NCBI GenBank assembly: GCA_951406725.2 | Contig: OX597814.1 | Location: 184,388,001 to 184,452,000, forward strand | Length of the DNA stretch: 64,000 nt | From: Octopus vulgaris | Taxonomy: Eukaryota | Direction of reading: 5' to 3' | Shown here: in pieces, positions 28,386 to 41,963 of the stretch | Layout of the letters: each line of letters starts with the position of its first letter | Numbering within the stretch: position 1 is the stretch's first letter | Position numbers and translations under genes: made by a program | The notes under the pieces: model-generated | The model's database searches: none | What the model was told of the DNA's origin: nothing | What the model saw: only the letters and a program-made list of their open reading frames with translations

Positions 28386-28696
28386 GGATATATATATATA
28401 TGTATGTATACACACATGCATATACATATATATATGTATAAATATGTTATATGCATATATATATAATACTTATAAGTATATAACATGTATAGGTTTGACT
28501 GTATTTATGTATATATGTATGCATGTATGTATGAATGCGTGTAGGTATATAATAATGCATGCATGTATGTATGTATATATTAATAGATTCCTTTTTACTT
28601 TGAAAACAGATTTTCTAAGACATAAAACTGTGTGTTTTGTTGAGACATATTTTTGTGCGTTTTTTTTATCTTAATTTTTCTACGGCTTATTATACA

Positions 28697-28995
28697 TCTT
28701 TATATATAAAAGTGAAGTTGTGTGTCTGTCTCCTACGATTTAGATTCCTAACTACTCCCACATTTTGCGGTGCAGTTTAACCAAAAGCGGGTATCTTATA
28801 GTCGTAATTCATATCGAGCCCTTCTGGGTATTAGCGCGCGTCTACGATGAGTCTACGATTTTTAAAAAAAAATTACCATCATTTTTCCCATTTTTAATGC
28901 ATTTTTTTGCTATTATATAAGGGGAGTAACTCTCTAAAAATGCTTATATAGTTATTTCCCTTACAAACTCGAGCAACGCCGGGCGATACTGCTAG
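28697..28995 (+). mobile_element. Non-autonomous Helitron, complete
   Basis: A|TC 5' end, 3' hairpin ctcgagcaacgccggg, CTAG|T end, no target-site duplication. Confidence 0.85.
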
Positions 28996-29173
28996 TCTAA
29001 ATATGAAATTTCTGCTCTCATGGCTGCAGTAAGAACCCAATTGGAATTAATTAATATACATTCTGAGGAATTCCAACCACGTTTCGTGTTTCTCTACAAC
29101 ATGAGCTCCTTTATAGGATCCAGTGGCTAAAGGCATCATCAGAAGGAACCACATCCGGTTTCGTCCCCTACAT

Positions 29174-29405
29174 AAAGCGGCGAGCTGGCAGAAACGTTAG
29201 CACGTCGGGCGAAATGCGTAGCTATATTTCGTCTGTCGTTACGTTGTGGGTTCAAATTCCGCCGAGGTCGACTTTGCCTTTCATCCTTTCGGGGTCGATA
29301 AATTAAGTACCAGTTACACACTGGGTCGATGTAATCGACTTAATACCTATGTCTGTCCTTGTTTGTCCTCTCTATGTTTAGCCCCTTGTGGGTAATAAAG
29401 AAATA
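29174..29405 (+). mobile_element. SINE family B (Meta-domain-like centre) with 15-bp target-site duplication
   Basis: ggcgagctggcagaa head, ggttcaaattcc B box, central ggtcgactttgcctttcatcctttcggggtcgataaa. ggtttcgtcccctac occurs at 29157-29171 and 29406-29420. Confidence 0.9.
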
Positions 29406-29884
29406 GGTTTCGTCCCCTACTCCGCTGCCGTTTTCGACGTGGTGCCCCCCTCCTTTCGGAGGTGTCTCCAGCTCTGGTGTTGAATGCGTTTCTTCTTTCT
29501 CTTTTTTTTCTTTTGGTTTTTGGTTTCTTCGATGCAGCGACAACAAATATTAGCGGGCGACTTGACCATCCTACTAAATTCCCATTTAAATACTCGCCGG
29601 TACGCTCCAGCAGTCAGCACCAACTAATTGTCACGTGACGCTGTCAAAGCTTCAACAGACCAATAGAGGGGGAGGGCACGTAGTTTTAGACCGTGCCCTC
29701 TCTAAACCTGCCTTCTGTTGTGTTAGTTTCAGTTCTAACACCCAGAGTCGACCAGCTGTTTGGTTGTACAAGCCTTCGAACCAGGAGGAGGGCGCGCTAT
29801 GAACGAGATCGCTATCTTCACCCACTTGTCAATCAGCGATACTGCTTAAGTGTCAGCCAGCCTCACCTAGCGACACTATTTCCC

Positions 29885-30905
29885 AGTCGGCATGTTTTGG
29901 GTCTTCTCGCTTCAGCCATATATAGAAGCTGGCTCCTTTATCTTCCTTATTACTTTTCTCAGCTCTGAGCTCGAGAATGCAAACCTTCTTTTAAATAACA
30001 TCATCATTTTCCTTTCAATGAAGCCTCAAGCCCACACTGCCAGGTGGTAATACTCGACAGTCCATCCCTGTTCTCCTCACTCTTCAATTAATCTCTCATA
30101 CCTCTTCTCCTTCCGTTGTTCTGCATTAGCGATGTTCTCTTCCCATGGCACTGTCAGCTCTATCAAAATTCCAATTTTCCGTTTGTGTTCCATAGGATTA
30201 AGTCAGGTCTTTTTGTTGTTTTTATGAGTAGAAATATTAACAGTCTTTCCAAATCCGCAGCTAGCTCCCAGTATCCCTTCCATCTTTCGTCTGTGTCGTA
30301 TATCTTTTGAAAGCTTGGCCTTATGTCCTTTTCTCTCCGTCTGAAAGTATATTTTTCCGCGCTTTCCACTTTTCGGTATTCTCCCCTATTATATCCCTCG
30401 GTCTTCTCCTTGAGTGCTGCGCTTATGACACCGAGGACTTGATTGGGATGCCATATATATCTGTCTAGAGCTAGCCTGCAGTTTGACAGAACATGTCTCA
30501 CCGTCGCTTTCTCTCCGCATCTACATTCATCAGTTGTTTGTATGTTCCACCGGACTAAATTCGCATGAGAAGGTAAAACGTTGAAGATAGACTTAATCAG
30601 GAAGGATGTTTTTGCTTGTTCCCAAGCCCAAAGTTCCTTCTGCGAGATTCTGCGACTGACTATATATTCCTCCCATCTCAGGCACTGTCCCTGTTGACTA
30701 CATTGCACCAAATGTACAAATTCGCCTTTCTTCTTCCTCCTTTCTCACTTCGAGTACCACTGCCTTTTTCATCTCTTTTACACTGCTCATGCAAAATGGC
30801 TAGTAGTTGTGCAACCCTAGACCGGCTCTTGCTTCTTGTGTCGCTCCGACTATATCGGCCTGCCTTAGCTTTCCGATCGCCCTGTTTACTGCCTCTTACG
30901 CTGTA
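29885..30905 (-). mobile_element. HERO-like non-LTR retrotransposon fragment (zinc knuckle plus restriction-like endonuclease)
   Basis: SFLIKSIFNVLPSHANL, CRCG..HVLSNC, RPDLILW, then IELTVPWEENIANAEQRKEKRY and ASFYIWLKRED. Contains stops and frameshifts. Confidence 0.88.
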
Positions 30906-31752
30906 GGAATTATGTCATCGCAATAAGAAATTTTTTTTTTACAATGGATATTATTTATTAATGCAAATCAATGTGGATGCGTCTACGTAGTATCTCGATC
31001 TTATACAAATACCAGCCAAATCTCACCCTCGGCGCACTTAACTGTCTGAATGTAAAAGGACACATTGGATAATATAACATTGATTATATAGCTCCTTTCG
31101 TTCAGACAAAAACAGCAACATTATTTATTTTGAATCTGTTGAAAAAACAAGCGGTGTGATTAGCTACTGAAAAGAATAATATACGCCATCAAGATCCTAT
31201 TTTATTTGGCTTTCCTCTTTATTTTCATTCTGGCGGAAAATGTGATGTAATAATAATATATAAGAGTCGTCTTTTCGCTGTGACGTTGGTAAATGCCTAG
31301 CAATCTTGTCTTAAGAGCAGTGGTTCGTAAACATGTTTTACTTGCGACGCACTTTAAAGCTAAAATAAGAGATATTTGGGCATCAAGTCAAAATATGCAT
31401 TATAAAAAGTTATTTATATTTCTCTATTTGACCTAGTACACAAGGTCTCCAATATTTCGTAGCACTTAATGATAGGTTGTATGTATATAAAGATCAATTT
31501 ATTTTCCCTATTTATTGTTTTATTCGTTCAACATAGATTTCATATCTGGAGTTCTCAATGTTATTATCATTGTAAATAAAATCTGCACAGTGTATTATAA
31601 GATAAAGTAAAATGGTTAAGATTTTCGATTGTAACTATTATATAAAATTTATTTTATCAGCCACTTCACAAACACACGGTTTTGGGTACTTGTTTTCTAT
31701 CTTAGATTCGTGTTTATAAAGTGTCTAATTAAATTTAACGCCTATAACGCCT

Positions 31753-31794
<42 letters not shown>

Positions 31795-31914
31795 GTGTGA
31801 GTATATGTATATGTATATGTGTATATATATATATATGTGAGTATATATATATATGTGAGTATATGTATATATGTATATGTATATATATATATAAATATGA
31901 ATGTTTTTATATAT

Positions 31915-32150
31915 AATGAACGTGAAACACAGGAAGGGACGAACACGGAACACAGACAAAACATTCGAAGCCTTCAATCTTCAGTCAGACACCGAACCAT
32001 CATAGCAAATTTCGGCTGTTCAATTCTGATATTTGCTCCAACTCGGCCAGCCCCAAGAAAAAAAACTAAGCTGTAAGCATTAGATTTCTTGGTAGAAGAC
32101 AGGAATGTGAACGCACAAGACGGATGTAAACACAAGAGACGAAAACGAAA
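31915..32150 (-). mobile_element. Copy of the 7085-7310 repeat family
   Basis: Shares ggctg..cagccgaaa..ctgaagattgaaggcttcgaatg on the minus strand. Confidence 0.65.
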
Positions 32151-32401
32151 TTGAAAACGGTAATGAACAAACAAAACATATATAACGGTGGTTGTCATAC
32201 GACTTTAGACCAAATGAGACAGAAACAACAACAACATAGCTGGCGTAGAAATAATTACCGTTTCGGTAGCGGGGACACATGTTGGTCGAGATACGAAGGC
32301 CAACAGAATGGTTTAAGAAATATATATGTATGTATGTATGTATATATGTATGTATGCGTGTGTGTGTATGAATGAGTGTGCGTGTGCTTGTCTGTGAGAG
32401 G

Positions 32402-32847
<446 letters not shown>

Positions 32848-32853
<6 letters not shown>

Positions 32854-33135
32854 AACCATCAAGGTGCTTGAGAAAGTGGTAGTCGGTAGGAGAAAGGACT
32901 GGAGAATAAGCTGGGTGGAGAACTTCGTAGCCAAATACCCTCAACTTCTGGATTGTCCTTAGTGAAGCGTGTGGTCGAGCATTGTCATGAAGGATGACTG
33001 ATCCTCTTCTGTTGACCAGTCTGGGACGGAGGGGTAGCAGTTTTTCATTCATTTTGGCAATTTCATGGCAACATGTTTCTGTAGAAATGGTTTCTCCAGG
33101 TTTTAAGACGTTAAACTCAGTAAAATTCTGTACAA
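32848..33135 (-). mobile_element. mariner transposase DDD-domain fragment
   Basis: LKPGETI...ILHDNARPH...HPAYSPVLSPTDYHFLKHL. Confidence 0.92.
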
Positions 33136-34719
33136 ATTCTTCGTGGTTCAAAACGTTGCTTACTTTTTACTCAACCTGATAGCTGCTGATATACAAAAAA
33201 AAAAAAAAAAAAGAAAAAGAAAAAAAACGAAAAAAGGAAAAAAAATCAACGTGGCTGAGGTAGGAAAACTTGATCATTTCGTCTTTTGTATATTGCCAAC
33301 TAAACTGTCTGATATGTCCACTAGGTTTTTGTATTTTCTTTTTTCTAAGATAGTGGTGAGTAATATAAAGAAGACTGACACAAGGCTATTCAATCAGGGC
33401 TGACGAGGGACTGAACAACAATAATAACTGAATGCTGCAGTTATATTTGCATTCAATAAAATCGTCAATAGTCAATAGACAGCTCGGCATCATTTAACTA
33501 CCAGGATATGGATCTCTATTTGTAATGATGAACCTTACAAAAAAAAAAAAAAAAAAAAAAATCTAGCGAAATTAATCCTTATATTTAGGTTTCTTATATT
33601 GTTTTTACTTTTCGACATTTGGTCGATATATTATCGGATTAAAAAAAGTTGCTCATTCTATATCTCTCTCACTCCTCTCTCTCTCTCACTTTCTCTCTCT
33701 CACTCTCTCTTTCCCGAGATATTTCTCGCGGCGCCGGGTTAGATGCGAATATATTGCTTAGACGGCTGATGATAATTCATTCAATGTATAAGGGAAACAG
33801 CTGGCGTAGATGTCTTTCTGAATGACATGAGCGGATTTACTGAAAATAAAAAAAAAGAAAGGACGAGAATTTTTAAAAACAAAAAAACAAAGAATTCCTA
33901 AATATATATATATATAAAAAAAAAACTAAGAGAAAATAATGAATTCAGAGAAAATAATATCAAACTCTTAGCATCTGTGCTTCACTTTCTGTGCAGAAAT
34001 ATATACGCAAAACAGTATACAAGCACGAATCAAAATGCGAGTCATACTAGGTCAGATTACTTGCTTGAAATAGCAGCTAGATCTTTCTACGATGATACAC
34101 AATCGCTCTAAATTAGAAAGGAGATATGTAGGAAATGTGGTTCTAGACATAGAAAAACCACCTCTGTGTGTATATATGTACATATGTATATGCGTGTGTA
34201 TGGAGAGAGTGTACAATTTGTTGAAAAATCCAGGGGAATAATTACAAGGTAGGTAAAATGTTGTTTAAGTGTCCCAGGATTTAATTCAGGGATAGTAAGT
34301 CGTATTTAGTAGAAAATAGGAAAATTGAATAACCTAATAATAATTTCTGCAAATTTTCTTTTTATTTTTTCTTCCATCTTACTTCCCATAATTTCCACCC
34401 TCTCCCCGTCTTTCCTTTTTTTTAATGAATTTTTTTTAATATTTACAATTTGGCCGTTTCTCTCCCCCTACTTCTCTCTCTTTTACTTTGGTTTATCCTC
34501 CCTTTCTTTCCCCCTCCCTGTCATTCTATACATCTCTTCTCACACTCTCTGGTTTGTCTCGATAACGTCATTTCAAATTCCTAGCGTCTACTGTTCGTAT
34601 GTAAGCATTTTGTGAAGGAACAACAATGTGTATATATGCTTAAGTACGTGTGTATATGTGTATACAATTATGTGTTTGGGTCTATCGATGTTTTGAGATA
34701 TGTATGCTCTTGTGTATAC

Positions 34720-34949
34720 TCTTACTCTTTTTACTCTTTTATTTGTTTCAGTCATTTGACTGCGGCCATGCTGGAGCACCGCCTTTAGTCGAGCAAATCG
34801 ACCCCGGGACTTATTCATTGTAAGCCTAGTACTTATTCTATCGGTCTCTTTTTGCCGAACCGCTAAGTGACGGGGACGTAAGCACACCAGCATCGGTTGT
34901 CAAGCGATGTTGGGGGGACAAACACAGACACACAAGCACATACACATAC

Positions 34950-34995
<46 letters not shown>

Positions 34996-35153
34996 GACAA
35001 GCTTCTTTCAGTTTCCGTCTACCAAATCCACTCACAAGGCTTTGGTCGGCCCGGGGCTATAGCAGAAGACACTTGCCCAAGATGCCGCGCAGTGGGACTG
35101 AACCCGGAACCATGTGGCTGGTTAGCAAGCTACTTACCACACAGCCACTCCTG
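34720..35153 (-). mobile_element. SINE family A, full length
   Basis: Complete copy. Confidence 0.92.
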
Positions 35154-35179
35154 CCGTATGTATACGTTCCTTTCTGTAT

Positions 35180-35517
35180 ACTCTTACTTGTTTCAGTCTT
35201 GTGACTGTGGCCATGCTGGAACACCACCTTTAGTCGAGCAAATAGACCCTAGGACTTATTCTTTGTAAGCCTCGTACTTATTCTATCGGTCCCTATTGCC
35301 GAACCGCTAAGTTACGAGGACGTAAACACACCACCATCGGTTGTCAAGCGATGTTGGGTTGACAAATAAAACACACTCACACACACATATACGACGGGCT
35401 TTGGGAGGCCCGAGGCTATGGTAGAAGACACTTGCCCAAAGTGCCACACAGTGGGACTGAGCCCGGAACCATGTGGTTGCTAAGGAAGCTACTTACCACA
35501 CAGCCACTCCTACGCCT
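35180..35517 (-). mobile_element. SINE family A with internal deletion
   Basis: Tandem with the previous copy. Confidence 0.85.
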
Positions 35518-35678
35518 ATGTGGATAAGTATGTGATAAGTATGTTTATTTTAGCAGAAAGAACGTTTCTATGTCGTTGCCGCGAGAATATGTACGAGTAT
35601 ATGTGTAGATATATGCATATGTATGTGAGTATATTTCTGCCTGTGTAAGTTTGCATTTGAATATATTTCAATATACAT

Positions 35679-35857
35679 AGGCGCAGGAGCGGCTGTGTAG
35701 TAAGCAGCTTGCTTCCCAACCACATTGTTCCGGGTTCAGTCCGACTGCGTGGAACCTTGGGTGAGTGTCTTCTGCTATAACCTCGAGCCGACCAAAGCCT
35801 TGTAAGTGGATTTAGTAGACCGAAACTGAAAGGAGCCCGTCGTATATATATCTGTGT

Positions 35858-35902
<45 letters not shown>

Positions 35903-36090
35903 TGCGCATATGTATATATGTATATGTATTTGTGTCTGTGTTTGCCCCACCATCGCTCGACAACATAGCGGTTCGGCGCAAGTGATCGATAGAATAAGTA
36001 CTAGGCTTACAATGAATAGGTCTTGGGGTCGATTTGTTCGACTAAAGGCGATGCTCCAGCATGACCACAGTCAAATAATTGACACAAGTT
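35679..36090 (+). mobile_element. SINE family A (diverged)
   Basis: Head-to-head with the 35180 copy. Confidence 0.85.
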
Positions 36091-36949
36091 AAAGAAATAT
36101 ATGTATGTGTGTTTGCGTGTATCTATATGTATATATTTATGTGTATGTTTATATAAAAATATATATATATAAATATGTTTATGTGTATGTGCATGTATAT
36201 TAATGCGTGTATATGTATATGTGTTTGTATACGTTTGTATTTTTGTATGTATATGATATTTATATTTACACGTCACATATTTGAGTGTGTGTACGCGTGT
36301 GTGCATGTGAATATAAATACGTTACATTTTAAAGGGCATTCTATTTCTGTTAACATGTCTGTTTGATGAGTTTGTTATTTATATCTTTCCTCGTGAGATT
36401 GATGCACTGCTGACGATAATTTATCTTGTCCGACATTTTTGGTGTGCATCCGTCGAATCATATGTAGATGAATTTAAGATATAAATGGTTTAACAACATC
36501 AGCAGTGATCGTCTCCCTATTCAATTTTCCTATATATATGTGTGTGTGTTGTTATATGTGTGTGTATGTGTATGTAAGTATATTCCTTCAATGTGTAAAA
36601 ATAACAAGGAGAGAATAAGTAAATAGTTATCAAGGTAGCAAAAATTTACAGAAATGCCAAAGATATTACTGCCTACATACAAAGGTAGAAATTCCAGGGT
36701 TAAGTGAAATGTTTTTGTATAGCATGGATAAATTAAGAAATGAAGTCAAACGCGGGTGTTATTCAAATCATTTATACTACCAACATATGTTTCGATAAAA
36801 GCATTGAGATTATTCCGGAGGGAATAAAAATGATATAGAATAATGCAATCATCACGCCAGGGAAAAAAAAGAGAATAAGACACAACAATAAGCCATTTTA
36901 ACCGAATGTGATTACCGCGTGTGTGTGTGTATATATATATACACAGTAT

Positions 36950-36987
<38 letters not shown>

Positions 36988-37286
36988 AACACACATATAT
37001 ACGACAGGCTTCTTTCAGTTTCAGTCTACCAAATCCACTTTGGTCGGCCCGAGGCTATAGTAGAAGACCCAAAGTGCCACGCAGTGGGTCTGAACCCGGA
37101 ACCATGTGGTGGGTAAGTTGCTACTTACTACACAGCCAGTCCCATATATATATGGGACTGGCTGTGTAGTACGTAGCTTATATATATAAGAGTAATCACA
37201 TAATGCGAAACAAGGTGGTAAAAATAGTACTCGAATACCAGAGGGAGAGTAATATGCTTTATTAAAATGCAGCAAAAATATCACAA

Positions 37287-37330
37287 AAAATGTTACTCAG
37301 AGTTTCACGTTCCCGTTCGTCAGACAGTTT
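37287..37330 (-). ncRNA. Type-I hammerhead ribozyme, canonical core
   Basis: aaactgt-CTGACGA-acg(ggaa)cgt-GAAA-ctc(t)gaGTA-acatttt. Confidence 0.8.
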
Positions 37331-37348
37331 AGTGCAGAATTCTAAACA

Positions 37349-37392
37349 AAACTATCCGACGAACGGGAACGTGAAACTCTGAGTAACAGTTT
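37349..37392 (+). ncRNA. Type-I hammerhead ribozyme, U4C variant
   Basis: aaactat-CCGACGA-acg(ggaa)cgt-GAAA-ctc(t)gaGTA-acagttt. Confidence 0.75.
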
Positions 37393-37422
37393 TTGTGATA
37401 TTTTTGTTGCATTTTAATAAAG

Positions 37423-37454
<32 letters not shown>

Positions 37455-38084
37455 ATATGAGTGTGTGTGTGCCTGTGCCTTTGTATATGTATTTGTCCTC
37501 CTATCGCTGCTTGACGAGCGGCACTGTTGAGTTTGCTTCCTCGTAACTGACCCGTTCGGTAAAAGAGACCGACGGAACAAACACTATGCTTTGTTCGATT
37601 AAAACCCTTCAAAGTGATGCTCCAGCATGGTCGCATCAAATGACTGAAACAAATAAAAGAATAAAAGAATAAAGAATATATGTGTACACGAGTGAGTGGA
37701 GAAACGAAAGAAAATCGCACTCAATACATTTAGTAGATTAAGTTACATTTAGTAAATTAAGTACCAGCTGCGTACTGGGTTCGATCAAATGGACTGGTCC
37801 CCTACCCCAAAATTTCGGGCCTTATGCCTAGAGTAGAAAAGAAGTTAACATTTTTTTCTATAACCTTTTCATTCGACCCGATGCTTCTGAAAGTTTTGTA
37901 TACGCGTTGCATGAACCTAGGTCGTCGGACTCAGGCGGTTGGGTAGTCCGTACAGTTTAAGCTAGCAAGCGAATATGACGACAGCGTTCGTAGACTCCAA
38001 CAAAGACCAGTTGCTGCACGAACATATGTCACTCAGCTTCAGCGACATAGTTCGTTGACTGCTACAGTCTACTTTCATTATTAA

Positions 38085-38297
38085 AAGGCGGCGAGCTGGC
38101 AGAAACGTTAGCACGCTGGGCGAAATGCGTAGCCGTATTTTGTCTGCCGTTACGTTATGAGTTCAAATTCCGCCGAGGTCGACTTTGCCTTTCATCCTTT
38201 CGGGGTCGATAAATTAAGTACCAGTTACGCACTGGGGTCGATATCTGTCCTTGTTTGTCCCCTCTGTGTTTAGCCCCTTGTGGGTAATAAAGAAATA
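38085..38297 (+). mobile_element. SINE family B
   Basis: Near-consensus copy flanked by attattaaaa repeats. Confidence 0.9.
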
Positions 38298-38705
38298 ATT
38301 ATTAAAACACTTCGCTTGGCTGGGAAAAATGCTTAGCGGCTTTTCGTCCGTCTTTACATTCTGATTTCAAATTCCGCTGAGGTCGACTTTGCCTTTCATT
38401 TTTTTTTGGGGGGGGGGGATAAAGTAAGTACCAGTTGAGCACTGCAGTCAATGCCAAGCGATGATGACGGGACAAACACAGACAAAAAGATGCCCACACC
38501 CAGGCATATGACGGGCTTCTTTCTGTTTTCGTCTACTAAATCCACTAACAAAGCTTTGATCGGCCCAAGGATATAGTAATCCAAGGTTGCACACAGTGGG
38601 ACTGAACCCAGAACCATGTTGGTTGGGAAGCAAGCTTTAATAAATAGATTATTAGATTGACAGAGAGATAGATAGATTCATTGACAGTTAGATAGATAGA
38701 TAGAT

Positions 38706-38750
<45 letters not shown>

Positions 38751-38755
38751 TAGAC

Positions 38756-38845
<90 letters not shown>

Positions 38846-39409
38846 ACACATAGCGTCTGACTGACAAATAAAAAAATAATAGTTGGACGTCATGCTGGTG
38901 AACATGTTTTAATCGGTTTTAATCACCAACCTCCAAGATGATACATTCAACTGTAAGTGGAGAAGTGGGTAGGCTACTGTTTAGTTAAGTACATAAATTA
39001 TCGTGTGGGGTCGTTAACTTTGATAGGAGTAGGGGTGCGATAATAAGACCTTTCATTTGAGAGGGCGGGAAGTATCATAAACACTTCACGGTTTGATGTT
39101 TCAACGTGACAGATATGTGATATAGTGGACTTGAGGAACTGGTCAAATTTAGCATGCCCTCACCACATGCCTCCTAGTTTCAACTGACGCTGGCCCCACC
39201 TCCACATGCATGTGTGTGTATAAAGTATAAACTTCATCGCATATACGTGAGTGAGTGTATGTGTACATGTGTGTGTTTGTATGTATGTACTTATATATGC
39301 ATATATATATACACACACATGTATTGTTGTACTTCGAGATGGTCATTTTATTTATTTTATTTTTTGTCAAATAAACACACGCATATATATATATATATAT
39401 ATATTAAGG

Positions 39410-39600
39410 TATGTAGAAAAATACAACATGGACAAGAACGTATAACTCTTAGAAGACGACACAATAAACACGGACAGGACATTCGAAACCCTCAGTCTTC
39501 AGTCAAGAACCGGATCATCGTAGTAATTTCGGCTGATTAATCTTGAGATTACTAGATCACGGCCAGCCCTCCAAGAAAAACCAAGCAACGAGCATTAGAA
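39410..39600 (-). mobile_element. Copy of the 7085-7310 repeat family
   Basis: Minus strand ggctg..ctcaagattaatcagccgaaa..ctgaagactgagggtttcgaatgtcc. Confidence 0.65.
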
Positions 39601-40202
39601 AAACTATATATATATATACGAACACCAGGACAGCAAAAGGGACAGATATAAAAAAACAAAAAACAATAATGGAATACAGAAACATGAAATACAGAAGCAT
39701 TAACGGTGAAAACAAAGTGTCTTACGACTGATAACAAGCAAACAAATTTTTCTGGCGCAATGGAAAAAGCCTTTATAGTGGCGGACGAAAACAGCGATGT
39801 TAACAAGACGAGGGTCAGAAACTGAAAGGCAGATTTCGGCCAACAGTCACGTGACAGAGAAGAGGGAAAAGAAAAGAAAGAGAAGCAAAGGAAGAGAGAG
39901 AGAGAGAGAGAGAGGATACATAAATATATATATATTATACACTCATTTACAAACATATATACGCACACACACATACATAGATACATATGCATACATGCAT
40001 ACATATATACATACATATATACATTCGTACATACACAGAGAGATGGATGCATACTTAAGCATGTGTGCGAGTATGATGTGTGAAACAAAAAAAAAAGAAA
40101 AAAAGAAATAGATTTCCATCCCTCATCAGCCCTTGGTAGTTATCAACACCACACTTTACAAGAAGAGATGTATAAAAACAAATGTAAAATCGAATAACAA
40201 TA

Positions 40203-40353
40203 CTGATGATGATGATGATGATGATGATGATGACGATGATGATGATGATGATGGTGGTGGTGATGGTGGTGGTGGTGCTGGTGCTGGTGGTGGCGGTGGT
40301 GATGATGGTGGTGGTGGTGATGATGATGATGATGATGATGGTGGCGGTGGTGG

Positions 40354-40406
<53 letters not shown>

Positions 40407-40464
40407 ATAATGATGATGATGGTGATGATGATGGTGGTGGTGGTGGTGGTGGTGGTGGTGGTGG

Positions 40465-40500
<36 letters not shown>

Positions 40501-40572
40501 CAACGACGACGACAGCGACAACGACAACCCACGATAAATATGATGATGATGACGATGATGACGAAGACAACG
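40203..40572. repeat. (GAT)n/(GGT)n trinucleotide array
   Basis: Direct inspection. Confidence 0.97.
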
Positions 40573-41233
40573 AACGATTGTCACCCCCTGCCAACCCCCC
40601 CCCCCAATTCCGTCCCGTCTCCTTTTCATTCATTCATTCATTCATTTGTCTCTCTACTTGGATTACACTGAAGTGTGAAGTACTATTCCTGTGATCAAAA
40701 GCGTGGTGAGATATTAGCGCTTTACTAAACCCGACACTCTCCAGATTTGAAGTAAACAATTTGAGACAACTCTCACTCATTTTTCACCCCCTTATCATTC
40801 CACCCTTGCTGTTATTGTTATCTTTTATATTTGCTTTTATTATTGTTGTTTGTGGCGATGTTTACTGAGTGTATTTTTTTTTTTTTTTTTTTGTCAAAGT
40901 TCTATAAATCTTTTTCAACAACACGATAGCTCACCTCCTACCTAAAGTCAAACTTTAGCGCCTACTAAGCCAAGCATGACCGGTACTTGTGTGCGCGTAC
41001 ACACAGACACACACACTCTCAGACACAGACACACAACACCCACATATATACCTACATACGCACACGAACATAAACACCGCCGACATATATACACACGCAC
41101 ACCTGTGCGTGTGTGCTTGTGTACAAGACCATGAATACAAACTCTTTCTACTAAATCGAGAGAATTAATTGCGTGAGGGTGTGTGAGCTTTTACTGGGAC
41201 ACCAACACAATGTGTTTCAACTCAATTTTGTAA

Positions 41234-41474
41234 CAGTGGTCCCGGTGCGCGCACTCGCGCACTCGCGCATCCGCGCTAGCTAGTCATGACTAGTCGATCC
41301 TTACTTTGTGTTTTTGCGTGTTATTTACTTTGTTTAAACAATTATTTACTTTGTGTAAAAAAATTATTTATTTTGTGTTTTATTTACTTTGCTAGGTAGT
41401 CGTTATATGATCGACTAGTTACGACTGGCTATCGCGGATGCGCGACTACGCGAGTGCGCGCACCGGGACCACTG
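41234..41474. mobile_element. MITE with ~65-bp CpG-rich terminal inverted repeats (hAT-like cagtggtccc termini)
   Basis: cagtggtcccggtgcgcgcactcgcg / cgcgagtgcgcgcaccgggaccactg. Internal ttatttactttg repeats. No clear target-site duplication. Confidence 0.8.
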
Positions 41475-41730
41475 TTCTCAAGTAGTACCTTGTAATTAAT
41501 GGTACCACTAAAAAAATTAATTTTGAAAATAATTATGAAGTTCGTAAAGCAATTTTGTTAAATTAACATGAGTGGTGAGGCGTAGGAGTGGCTGTATGGT
41601 AAGTCACATTGTTCTGGGTTCAGTTCCACTGCGTGGTTAGTAGCTTGCTTACGAACCACATGGTACCGGGTTCAGTCCCATATCACGCATACAACTAACA
41701 CATAACTACGCATATATAGATCATATATTA

Positions 41731-41963
41731 AAAGGCGGCGAGCTGGCAGAAACGTTAGCACGCCGGACGAAATGCGAAGCCGTATTTAGTCTGCCGTTAC
41801 GTTCCGAGTTCAAATTCCGCCGAGGTCGATTTTGCCTTTCATCCTTTCGGGGTCGATAAATTAAGTACCAGTTACGCACTGGGGTCGATGTAATCGACTA
41901 AATCCCTTTGTCTGTCCTTGTTTGTCCCCTCTGTGTTTAGCCCCTTGTGGGTAATAAAGAAAT
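41731..41963 (+). mobile_element. SINE family B
   Basis: Full copy. atatatagatca is repeated on both sides. Confidence 0.9.

Larger units (their letters stand above)
37190..37425. mobile_element. Palindromic PLE-like element with a hammerhead on each strand
   Basis: Arms 37254-37330 / 37349-37425 with an 18-nt spacer. Confidence 0.85.

Noticed and set aside
33399-33420. Isolated ctgacga/ctgatga words (also near 33768 and 36410)
   Set aside because: No stem II, GAAA or stem I, so not hammerheads.
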